Shown: positions 15,299 through 22,546 of the stretch, piece after piece
Numbering within the stretch: the stretch's first letter is position 1
Layout of the letters: every line of letters starts with the position of its first letter
Source of the DNA: Candidatus Effluviviaceae Genus IV sp.
GTDB taxonomy: Bacteria > Joyebacterota > Joyebacteria > Joyebacterales > Joyebacteraceae
NCBI GenBank assembly: GCA_014728245.1
Contig: WJLY01000009.1
Location: 1-37,152, forward strand
Direction of reading: 5' to 3'
DNA: 37,152 nucleotides
Notes under the pieces: generated by a model
What the model saw: only the letters and a program-made list of their open reading frames with translations
Told to the model about the DNA's origin: nothing
Databases searched by the model: none
Program-made: the position numbers and the translations under genes

Positions 15299-16399
15299 TC
15301 AGTTCAGCTTTATTCCGACGACCGCCGGCGCAATCTTGACGCTCTTGTTGCCGTCGCGGTCCTCCACCTCCAGCCTGCAGATATAGGTGCCCGCCGGGAC
15401 CAGACGCCTCAGCTCGTCGCGCCCGTCCCAGCCACGGACGCCCTCGCCGTAGAACCCTTCCTTGTAGTATTCCGGCAGAGCCGAGATGCCCTCGTAGTCT
15501 CCCTCGGTCAGCGTCCTCACAAGCCGTCCCTGGAGGTCGTAGACCTCGATCGTGGTCTCGCTTCTCTCGGGAGCGGAGTATCCGATGGGAAGCACCTCAC
15601 CTATGTCCGGGCGGAACGGCCGGGCTGGAACGCTGAGACGAGCCTCGGCCGAGTACTCCGGCTCCGGCGGCTCCACCGGCTCGGCGTACTGCATGTCGCT
15701 CTGGTAACGCGGCACCAGCTCGTAGCCCTGCAGGTACGGCGCCGCCCGGTCGTACTGCAGCACGAAGCCGGTGATCTCGAGCGTGTCGCCGGGCACGAAA
15801 ACGCTGAAGTCGGTGCCCTCGATGTAGCTCTTGTATACCTGCACGCTGGCTCCCGAGTACGGGTCACCCAGGTACATGCTGAAGTCGAAGTTGTTGTCGA
15901 TCACGATGCCGATCGTCTTGACGAGTCTCCCCTCGTTGTCCTCGAGATTCACGTCCGGCAGGTCGAGCGCGGCCGCCTCGACCGGATCGTTGCCGGTCGA
16001 GAGAAGCTCTATCTGCTCCAGGCTCTCGCACATGATCTCGGTCGTTGCTCCGGCCCCCGAACCGCTGCTCACGTACTCCACCACCTCTCCGGTCACCTGG
16101 ACCGAGTCTCCGAGCGCCAGCTCGAAGGGAAGGAGGTCGAAGCAGAAGATGTTGACCCCGCAGTCGCCCTGCTGGATGTACATCGACGTGTATTGCGGCT
16201 GCAGAAGCCCCGGCGGCACGATCACCGCTCCCTTCACCGTCACCGTTTCTCCCTCCAGGAGAGAAAAACCGGCCGAATCGTAGTCCTGCACGTCGCATAT
16301 GGTCACCGCCCCGGCGGGCGCCGGGCGGGCGAGAAGCGCCGCCAGGCACAGGGCCGCCGCGAGCGTCGCGACCGCAGGTGTATTCAGGTTCTTCGTCAT
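15299..16399 (-). CDS. secreted minimal paralog (366 aa): paired OB-like barrels + FlgD-Ig-type C-terminal domain, no LTD
   Basis: ATG 16397-16399 follows AGGGGGA. The signal peptide ends ...ARPAPAGA. Pattern: ICDVQDYD...VTVKGAVIVPPG...MYIQQGDCGVNIF...GDSVQVTGEVVEY...GYELVPRYQSDM. The C-terminus EVYDLQGRLVRTL...WDGRDELRRLVPAGTYICRL...VVGIKLN is paralogous to that of the 1048-aa protein. Confidence 0.85.
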   Translation of the reverse strand: MTKNLNTPAVATLAAALCLAALLARPAPAGAVTICDVQDYDSAGFSLLEGETVTVKGAVIVPPGLLQPQYTSMYIQQGDCGVNIFCFDLLPFELALGDSVQVTGEVVEYVSSGSGAGATTEIMCESLEQIELLSTGNDPVEAAALDLPDVNLEDNEGRLVKTIGIVIDNNFDFSMYLGDPYSGASVQVYKSYIEGTDFSVFVPGDTLEITGFVLQYDRAAPYLQGYELVPRYQSDMQYAEPVEPPEPEYSAEARLSVPARPFRPDIGEVLPIGYSAPERSETTIEVYDLQGRLVRTLTEGDYEGISALPEYYKEGFYGEGVRGWDGRDELRRLVPAGTYICRLEVEDRDGNKSVKIAPAVVGIKLN

Positions 16400-16433
16400 C
16401 GCGTCCCCCTTGAACGCATCACCATCGTTCGCG

Positions 16434-17726
16434 CTAGTATTTGGACCGCCTCTCGCTCTCGAGCTCGGCGTTGACGGCCCGAGCCGCCATCTCGAGAGCC
16501 TCCTCGGGACTGGCCTGCTCCCGGAGCGCGCTCTCCACTGCGGTCTCCTCGAGATACTTCCGCCCGGCGTACCAGGCGCCCGATCTGGGTTCGTAGGAGG
16601 CGAACTCGAGCTGCCCGTACACCTCCCTGAGCCCGTCTATCTCCTCGAACCTGCGAAGCATCGCGTCCGACTGCATCGCGCTCATCCGCACCGGAGCGTA
16701 CCCGGTGCCCGCCGCCCAACGCGCGGTGATCTCCGGACTCACGAACCACTTGATGAACTCCCAGGCGGCCCGCTTCTCGGCGTCGGTCGCCTCCGAGAAG
16801 ATCACGACGTTGGTGCCGGCGACGAAGCATCCCTCGCGTTCCTTCTCGGGAAGCGGCGCCAGCGCCAGGTCGAACGTGTACTTGCCTTCCATGAACGAGA
16901 GCGAGACGGTCGAGCCCTCTATCATGGCGACCTTGCCCGCCTGGAAGTCGTTCTGGTATTCGTAGCCGGAAGTGACCTTGCCGTAGTCCGTCAGAAGCTT
17001 CACCATGAACCTGAGCGCCTCGACTCCTTGCGGGCCGTTGAAGGCCGCCCGCGTGCCGTCAGGAGTCAGGATGCGGCCGCCGTTCTGTATGAGCAGGTTC
17101 TCGAACATCCAGGCGCTGATCTGTCCGGCCGTGCCCCACTGGTCCGGCTCTCCGTCTCCGTCCTGGTCCTTCGTGAGACGGCGCGCGTAGTCCATGTACT
17201 CGTCCCAGTTCCGCGGAGCGCGATCCAGCCCCTCCTCCCCGAAAAGGTCCCGGTTCCAGTAGAGAGCCCTGACGCTCTTGTTGAACGGGAACGAATAGAC
17301 CGTTCCGTCCCAGGTGTTGTTCTCGACCATCCCGGGCACGAAGTCGGCGAGCTCCTCCTGCGAAAGCCCGTTCGGCCCCTCGATGTAGTCGTTCAGCGGC
17401 TCGGCGCTGCCGTTCTCGATGAGCTCGCCCGTCCAGGCCTCGTACGCCTGAGCCAGGACGGGAGGCTCCCCCGCGGCGACCGCGGCCATGATCTTCTGCG
17501 AGAGCGCCTGGTAACGACCCATGCTGACCGACTCGACTCGGATGTCGGCATGCGTCTCGTTGAACTCCAGAACCAGCTCCTCAAGCCGGTCGCCCAAAGG
17601 GCCGCCCATGGCGTGCCAGAACGACACGACGGTCGCTCCGTCGGTACCCGCATCATCGCCGCCGCCGCACCCGAAGAGAACGGCGGCCAGCGCCAGCGCC
17701 ACCGCGAACATCGTGAAACGCTTCAT
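16434..17726 (-). CDS. ABC transporter substrate-binding lipoprotein, family-1 (CUT1 sugar-type)
   Basis: ATG 17724-17726 follows GGAGGT. Lipoprotein signal is MKRFTMFAVALALAAVLFGCGGG. Size and composition are typical of a MalE-like family-1 SBP. The track start at 17810 lies inside a tandem repeat and would add 28 non-signal residues. Confidence 0.85.
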   Translation of the reverse strand: MKRFTMFAVALALAAVLFGCGGGDDAGTDGATVVSFWHAMGGPLGDRLEELVLEFNETHADIRVESVSMGRYQALSQKIMAAVAAGEPPVLAQAYEAWTGELIENGSAEPLNDYIEGPNGLSQEELADFVPGMVENNTWDGTVYSFPFNKSVRALYWNRDLFGEEGLDRAPRNWDEYMDYARRLTKDQDGDGEPDQWGTAGQISAWMFENLLIQNGGRILTPDGTRAAFNGPQGVEALRFMVKLLTDYGKVTSGYEYQNDFQAGKVAMIEGSTVSLSFMEGKYTFDLALAPLPEKEREGCFVAGTNVVIFSEATDAEKRAAWEFIKWFVSPEITARWAAGTGYAPVRMSAMQSDAMLRRFEEIDGLREVYGQLEFASYEPRSGAWYAGRKYLEETAVESALREQASPEEALEMAARAVNAELESERRSKY

Positions 17727-17802
17727 CGTGTTACCTCCGTCGAACTCCCCTACGGCCCGTCCCTGCGCGGCCAACGCGGCCGCGCCGGCGGAAGACGCCT
17801 GA

Positions 17803-17893
17803 CTCTTCATGCCCGACCTTGCCGGGTTGGCGTCTAGCTTTTCATGCCCGACCTTGCCGGGTTGACGTCTAGCTCTTCATGCCCGACGTTGCC
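17803..17893. repeat. 35-bp tandem repeat, about 2.6 units, copying the 3' end and stop codon of the MalG-like gene
   Basis: Unit 1 (17803-17837): ctcttcatgcccgaccttgccgggttggcgtctag. Unit 2 (17838-17872): cttttcatgcccgaccttgccgggttgacgtctag. Partial unit 3 (17873-17893): ctcttcatgcccgacgttgcc, which encodes the real C-terminus ...ATSGMKS. Confidence 0.9.
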
Positions 17894-19002
17894 AAGCTCT
17901 GGATTATCTGCTTCTGAGCGAAGAAATAGGCCACGATCAGAGGCGCGATGGAGAACGCCGCCGCGGCCATCATGAGCTCGTGATTGGTCCCCTGCTCCTG
18001 TGAGAACCTGGCCAGACCTACCTGGAGCGGACGCACCTCAGGCGTGTTAGTCATGACGAGGGGCCAGAGGAACGAGTTCCAGGTTCCTACGATCGTGAAT
18101 ATCACGACCGCCACGAGCACCGCCTTCGAGAGCGGCAGCATCACCCTCCACAGGAAGCCGAACCTGCTGCAGCCGTCGATGATGGCGGCGTCGTAGAGAT
18201 CGTTGGGTATCGTCTTGAAGTGCTGCCGAAGAAGGAAGATCGAAAAGATGTGCGCGATCCAGGGCACGATCAGGGCCTGGTAGGTGTCGATCATGCCGAG
18301 CTTCACGAGGATGATGTACGATGGGACGATGTAGACCGGCTGCGGGACCATCATCATCGAGAGGAACAGCACGAATATGTTGTCCCGCCCCCAGAACTTC
18401 ATCCTCGCGAACGCGTACGCGGCCAGCGAGGAGGTCACCAGAACGCCCGCCACCACGAACAGCGTCACAAAGATCGTGTTGAAGTAGTAGCGCGCGAACG
18501 GAGCCTGGTTCCAGGCCTCGACGTAGTTTCTGAACCTGAGACGTATCCTGTCGTCCACCCGTGACTCGTCGACCGTCATCTCCCCTTCGGCCGCCGGTAC
18601 GCCCGCCGGCTCGTCGACCGACTCGACCGGCTGGACGGTCACCGTCCCCGCCGCCTCGTCGCGCGACACCACGTACACTTCGATCCACTGGTCCTCCGTG
18701 ACTTCCAGGTAGTGCCCGGTCGGTATCCATGTGGGCGGGAAGCTCAGGATCTCTATCGGAGACTTGAGGGACGTCGAGATCATCCAGACAAAGGGGACGA
18801 TCATTATGACGATCCCGATCCAGACGGCGAGATAGACGCCCGCCCGCCCCAGCCCGCGCCGAGCGCGGAAGCCCGCGTTCTCGTCCCTGTCGCGCGACGA
18901 GACCGGCCGCGTCTCGCGTCCGCCCGGCAGAACGGCTCCGGGGCCTGCCTTGCGTCTCGGCGTTCCCTCTCTCAAGTTCCTCTCCGCGCTTGCGGCTTCC
19001 AC
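17869..19002 (-). CDS. ABC transporter permease, MalG-like (CUT1)
   Basis: EAA-loop motif: DAAIIDGCSRFGFLWRVMLPLSKAV. Six-TM layout with an insertion of about 70 aa in the first periplasmic loop (HYLEVTEDQWIEVYVV...RIRLRF). The GTG start at 19002 gives an unusually long, charged N-terminus of about 55 aa, so the start is uncertain. Confidence 0.8.
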   Translation of the reverse strand: MEAASAERNLREGTPRRKAGPGAVLPGGRETRPVSSRDRDENAGFRARRGLGRAGVYLAVWIGIVIMIVPFVWMISTSLKSPIEILSFPPTWIPTGHYLEVTEDQWIEVYVVSRDEAAGTVTVQPVESVDEPAGVPAAEGEMTVDESRVDDRIRLRFRNYVEAWNQAPFARYYFNTIFVTLFVVAGVLVTSSLAAYAFARMKFWGRDNIFVLFLSMMMVPQPVYIVPSYIILVKLGMIDTYQALIVPWIAHIFSIFLLRQHFKTIPNDLYDAAIIDGCSRFGFLWRVMLPLSKAVLVAVVIFTIVGTWNSFLWPLVMTNTPEVRPLQVGLARFSQEQGTNHELMMAAAAFSIAPLIVAYFFAQKQIIQSLATSGMKS

Positions 19003-19038
19003 GACGGCGGCCCGCCGGGGCCGACTAGCGGGACGCTC

Positions 19039-20013
19039 CTAGTAGTAGACTCGCCTCTCGACTATCCGGCGCTGAAGCAGCGTTAGAGACAGAATGATCA
19101 TGAAGAGGATGAGCGCCACGGCGCTCGCGTATCCCATGTTGCCGCCGGCGTCGAATCCCTTCTCGAACAGGTAGTAAACGATGACCTTGGTCGTTCCCAT
19201 CGGGCCGCCCACCGGCGGACCGGTCATCAGATATATCTGAGTGAAGACCTGGAAGGAGACGATCGTCGTCGACAGGAGCACGTAGAACGTCGTCGGAGAG
19301 AGCAGGGGCCACGTCACCTTCCAGAAGACCTGCCTGTTGTTCGCGCCGTCTATCCTCGCTGCCTCGTAGTACTGGTCCGGGATGTTCTGCAGCCCGGCCA
19401 GGAAGATCACGATGTTGTAGCCCATGCCCCGCCAGATGGAGACGACTATCACGGCCACGAGCGCGAGACTCGGCCCGGCCAGCCCGTCCGGCCACCACGA
19501 CCAGCCGAGCCCCCCGGCCATCATCTCGAATATGCCCCTCGGCTCCTCGAGCCATTGGAGCGATCCTCCTCCCAACAGGCTCAGAAAGTAGTTCAGGAGC
19601 CCCAGCCGCGGGTGGAATATCCACTTCCACACCATCGACACCGCCACGAGCGAGGTAACGACCGGAAGGAAGTAGACGGTGCGGTAGAACCCCAGGCCCT
19701 TCAGCTTCTGATTCAGAAGCACCGCGATGAAGAGCGACAGGAAGAGGGAGATCGGGACCACGCCGAGGACGTAGTAGGAAGTGGTGCCGAGCGAACTCCA
19801 GAACGTCGGGTCCTGGAAGAGCCTGCCGTACTGCGCGAGCCCGACGAACCCCCTGATGCGCCCCATCTTCACGTCGAAGAACGACAGAATGAAGGCGGAC
19901 GCGATCGGGACCATCCTGAACACGACCACGATGACGCCGGCCGGCACGAGGTAAAGTGCCGCCGTGACCGGATCCATCGCCTTCTTGCGCTTGAGCCTGT
20001 CGAGCCAGGTCAC
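19039..20013 (-). CDS. ABC transporter permease, MalF-like (CUT1)
   Basis: EAA-loop motif: YEAARIDGANNRQVFWKVTWPLLSP. The N-terminus ...KRKKAMDPVTAALYLVPAGVIVVVF is typical. GTG 20011-20013 follows GGGAG; an alternative ATG lies at 19977. Confidence 0.9.
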   Translation of the reverse strand: MTWLDRLKRKKAMDPVTAALYLVPAGVIVVVFRMVPIASAFILSFFDVKMGRIRGFVGLAQYGRLFQDPTFWSSLGTTSYYVLGVVPISLFLSLFIAVLLNQKLKGLGFYRTVYFLPVVTSLVAVSMVWKWIFHPRLGLLNYFLSLLGGGSLQWLEEPRGIFEMMAGGLGWSWWPDGLAGPSLALVAVIVVSIWRGMGYNIVIFLAGLQNIPDQYYEAARIDGANNRQVFWKVTWPLLSPTTFYVLLSTTIVSFQVFTQIYLMTGPPVGGPMGTTKVIVYYLFEKGFDAGGNMGYASAVALILFMIILSLTLLQRRIVERRVYY

Positions 20014-20101
20014 TCGTTGGCTCCCGTTACCGCCGCAGTTCCCGTCGTCCGGAGCGCGGCGGGAACCCCGCTCGCCAGGACGGCGGGCTGCTCCTCGCTC
20101 T

Positions 20102-21376
20102 CTACCAGGGATCGGGCTCCAGGACGATCTCTATGGTCTCGCCGTCGGTCACCGCGATGATGTTCCCATAGGTCGGAGTGACGTTTCTCGGCGTGTTGGG
20201 GTAGATCCGGTCCGTCACGAAGTAGTCGGCGTCGACCGCCCGGATCCCCTGCGTGACCACCTCCTTCTGGAGCTGTGCCTCGATCATCGCGTTGGAGATG
20301 AGCGCGATCCTCGGTGATACGTTCTCCAGCCACAGCTCGGAGGACGCGTCGTCGTTGCCGTGGTGGCCGATCTGAAGCAGATCGGCCCGAGAGCCCTGGC
20401 GGCCGTACGTATCGACGATGTCGTACTCCGCGAAGTACTCGGCGTCGCCGGTAACGACGTACGATACGCCGCCCCACGTGATGCGCAGCACGATCGAGTC
20501 GTTGTTGCCCTTCATGCCCTCCTGGCCGGTATCTTCCGGGCCGCCGATGAGACCTCCGTAGGCGGCGCCGAGCACCTCGACGCGGAAGCCGGGCGTGCCG
20601 TCCCAGTCGAGCGCGGGCGTGTTGTCGGAGCTGTGCCCCTGCTGCACGTACGTGACGGGGATGCCGTTCGCCAGGAGCCTCTCCTCGAGAGACCCCCACA
20701 TCGGTATGTAAGCCGTGGTGAAGTCCGGAGCGACGAAGCCGCCGACGCCGAAGACGTCGAGCACTCCGCCCTCTTCCGCGAACCCGCCGACATGATCGCC
20801 GTGGTAGTGGGTAACGACCGCCGCGTCGAAGTAGCCTATCCCCTCTCCCTGCACGAACTCCAACACGTCCGGCAGGTGGTAGTCCGCGCCCGCGTCTATC
20901 AGGGCACGGGAGCCGTCAGGCGTCGTGATCACGACCGCCAGACCCCAACCGACGTCGATCATCGAGAGCGACATCGTCTGGTTGCGGGCGGTCCGTCCTA
21001 CGATCGTCGCCGGTAGCTGCGCGGACGCCTCGTACGCCTCGTTGCCGGCCCGGTCCCGGCTGCGAACCCGCACCTTGTACTCCTCCCCGTCCTCCGCTCC
21101 CAGGAGCTCCACCCTGTGGTACGTCGAGAAGTACTTGGTCGACTCGTAGACGTAGTTCTCGTAATCGCCGCCCACGGGTCCGTACTCGAGCACGCAGAGC
21201 GCCTCCTCGTCGGTCGACCACTGGGCCTCTCCACCCGAGTACGTGAAGCTCGTAACAACCGGGGGTTCCTGATCCTGCTGCGGGTCGTAGGGGTTGACCT
21301 CGCTGTCGCTGCAGCCGCAGACGCAGAGCATCGCCAGCGCAGCGAACGCTATCGGAAAGAGCCTGGCTCGTCCCAT
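20102..21376 (-). CDS. metallo-beta-lactamase-fold lipoprotein with N-terminal FN3/Ig-like domain; MBL domain resembles the ComEC/Rec2 type
   Basis: ATG 21374-21376 follows AGGAG. Lipoprotein signal is MGRARLFPIAFAALAMLCVCGCS. An N-terminal beta-sandwich-like segment (...EYKVRVRSRDRAGNE) precedes MIDVGWGLAVVITTPDGSRALIDAGA and the metal motif VTHYHGDHVGG. Confidence 0.85.
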   Translation of the reverse strand: MGRARLFPIAFAALAMLCVCGCSDSEVNPYDPQQDQEPPVVTSFTYSGGEAQWSTDEEALCVLEYGPVGGDYENYVYESTKYFSTYHRVELLGAEDGEEYKVRVRSRDRAGNEAYEASAQLPATIVGRTARNQTMSLSMIDVGWGLAVVITTPDGSRALIDAGADYHLPDVLEFVQGEGIGYFDAAVVTHYHGDHVGGFAEEGGVLDVFGVGGFVAPDFTTAYIPMWGSLEERLLANGIPVTYVQQGHSSDNTPALDWDGTPGFRVEVLGAAYGGLIGGPEDTGQEGMKGNNDSIVLRITWGGVSYVVTGDAEYFAEYDIVDTYGRQGSRADLLQIGHHGNDDASSELWLENVSPRIALISNAMIEAQLQKEVVTQGIRAVDADYFVTDRIYPNTPRNVTPTYGNIIAVTDGETIEIVLEPDPW

Positions 21377-21453
21377 TCGGCACTCCTGTTTCTGTTGTCC
21401 CTGGTGCTGCGAAAGCCCGCGGCGGCGTCCCGCGGGCCCGCGTGGGTAGGAAG

Positions 21454-21482
21454 AGTCTAGGGGCATCCGGCCCCTAAGTCAA
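21454..21482 (-). promoter_or_regulatory. possible internal sigma70-like promoter ahead of the MBL gene
   Basis: Minus strand reads TTGACT (21477-21482), a 17-nt spacer (itself a 7-bp hairpin, taggggc/gccccta), then TAGACT (21454-21459). It lies about 78 nt upstream of the ATG at 21376. Confidence 0.3.
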
Positions 21483-21540
21483 CACAACAGGGCCCCGCCG
21501 GCACTCGAAGACAGCGCCTGGCCGCGCCTGTCGGGCGCGA

Positions 21541-22443
21541 TCAGTATGGCTTGCCGGACGCCGCCGGCGGCCTCGCCCGGCCGATGACGCCCACGAGCGC
21601 CACCATTGTCAGCACGTACGGGATCATCTGGACGAACTGCGAAGGTATCCCGCGTCCCTGCAGCCCCATCTGAACCGCCTCCGCGTACCCGAACAGGAGA
21701 CACGCAAAGAGCGCTCCGACGGGATTCCACTTCCCGAAGATCATGGCGGCGAGCGCGATGAAACCCCGGCCGGCCGACATGTTCTTCACGAACTGATGCG
21801 TGTTCAGGGCCAGGAACGCGCCGCCCAGCCCAGCGAGCGCGCCGGAGAGAAGAACGCCGGCGTACCTGAGCCTGTGGACGTTGATTCCGAGGGTGTCCGC
21901 CGCCTCGGGGTGCTCCCCCACCGCGCGCAGGCGAAGCCCGAACGCGGTCCTCCAGAGCGTCACGTGGGCGATCACGACGCTCGCGAAGGCGATGTAGACG
22001 AGTGGCGGGTAGTGCCCGATCACCACGTTGACCGCTCGGGCGACCGCGCCCCAGGACTCGGGCAGCGCCCAGTAGGACATGCCCTCGACGGGAGGCGAGT
22101 TGGCGGAGCTTCCCCAGATTATCCAGGTGAGAAACTGCGTCGCGCCCATGGCGAGGAGGTTGATGGCAACGCCGCTCACGATCTGGTTCGCCTTGAACGT
22201 GATCGACACGACGGCGTGTATCGCCGAGACCAGAACTCCGGCCAGGAGCCCCGCGAACGCCCCGAGCCACGGATCGCCCGTCTGGTAGGTCACTAGAATG
22301 CTCGCGAACGCGCCCGTCAGGAGGATGCCCTCGAGCGCGATGTTGACGACCCCCGACCGTTCGGAGAACATCCCCCCGAGCGCCGCGAAGATGAGCGGCG
22401 TAGCCATCCTCAGAGCCGCGTCGAAGACTGTGAGCTCGAACAC
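21541..22443 (-). CDS. ABC transporter permease (BPD_transp_2 type; second permease of the BMP/nucleoside system)
   Basis: GTG 22441-22443 follows GGGAGG. MFELTVFDAALRMATPLIFAALGGMFSERSGVVNIALEG is the characteristic N-terminus of YufQ/NupQ-like permeases. The protein is hydrophobic throughout. Confidence 0.9.
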   Translation of the reverse strand: MFELTVFDAALRMATPLIFAALGGMFSERSGVVNIALEGILLTGAFASILVTYQTGDPWLGAFAGLLAGVLVSAIHAVVSITFKANQIVSGVAINLLAMGATQFLTWIIWGSSANSPPVEGMSYWALPESWGAVARAVNVVIGHYPPLVYIAFASVVIAHVTLWRTAFGLRLRAVGEHPEAADTLGINVHRLRYAGVLLSGALAGLGGAFLALNTHQFVKNMSAGRGFIALAAMIFGKWNPVGALFACLLFGYAEAVQMGLQGRGIPSQFVQMIPYVLTMVALVGVIGRARPPAASGKPY

Positions 22444-22546
22444 GAAACCTCCCTGGGGTCTCGTCGCGGGGCCGGCCTTCGGCCGGACCGGTACGTCGGT
22501 ACTCCCGCTCGACGTCGGCCCTGCCGCCCGAAGCGCCCTCTCACAC

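Noticed and set aside
13490-16474. 994-aa plus-strand ORF
   Set aside because: It is antisense to the 1048-aa and 366-aa genes and spans their intergenic gap. It has Arg/Val/Asp/His-rich composition and no recognisable domain. It is a shadow ORF.
17803-17893. CRISPR-like interpretation of the tandem repeats (also 34173-34248 and 35226-35335)
   Set aside because: There are only 2-3 units, abutting head to tail or separated by related 13-mers rather than unique spacers. No cas genes are in the window. The units derive from adjacent gene ends.
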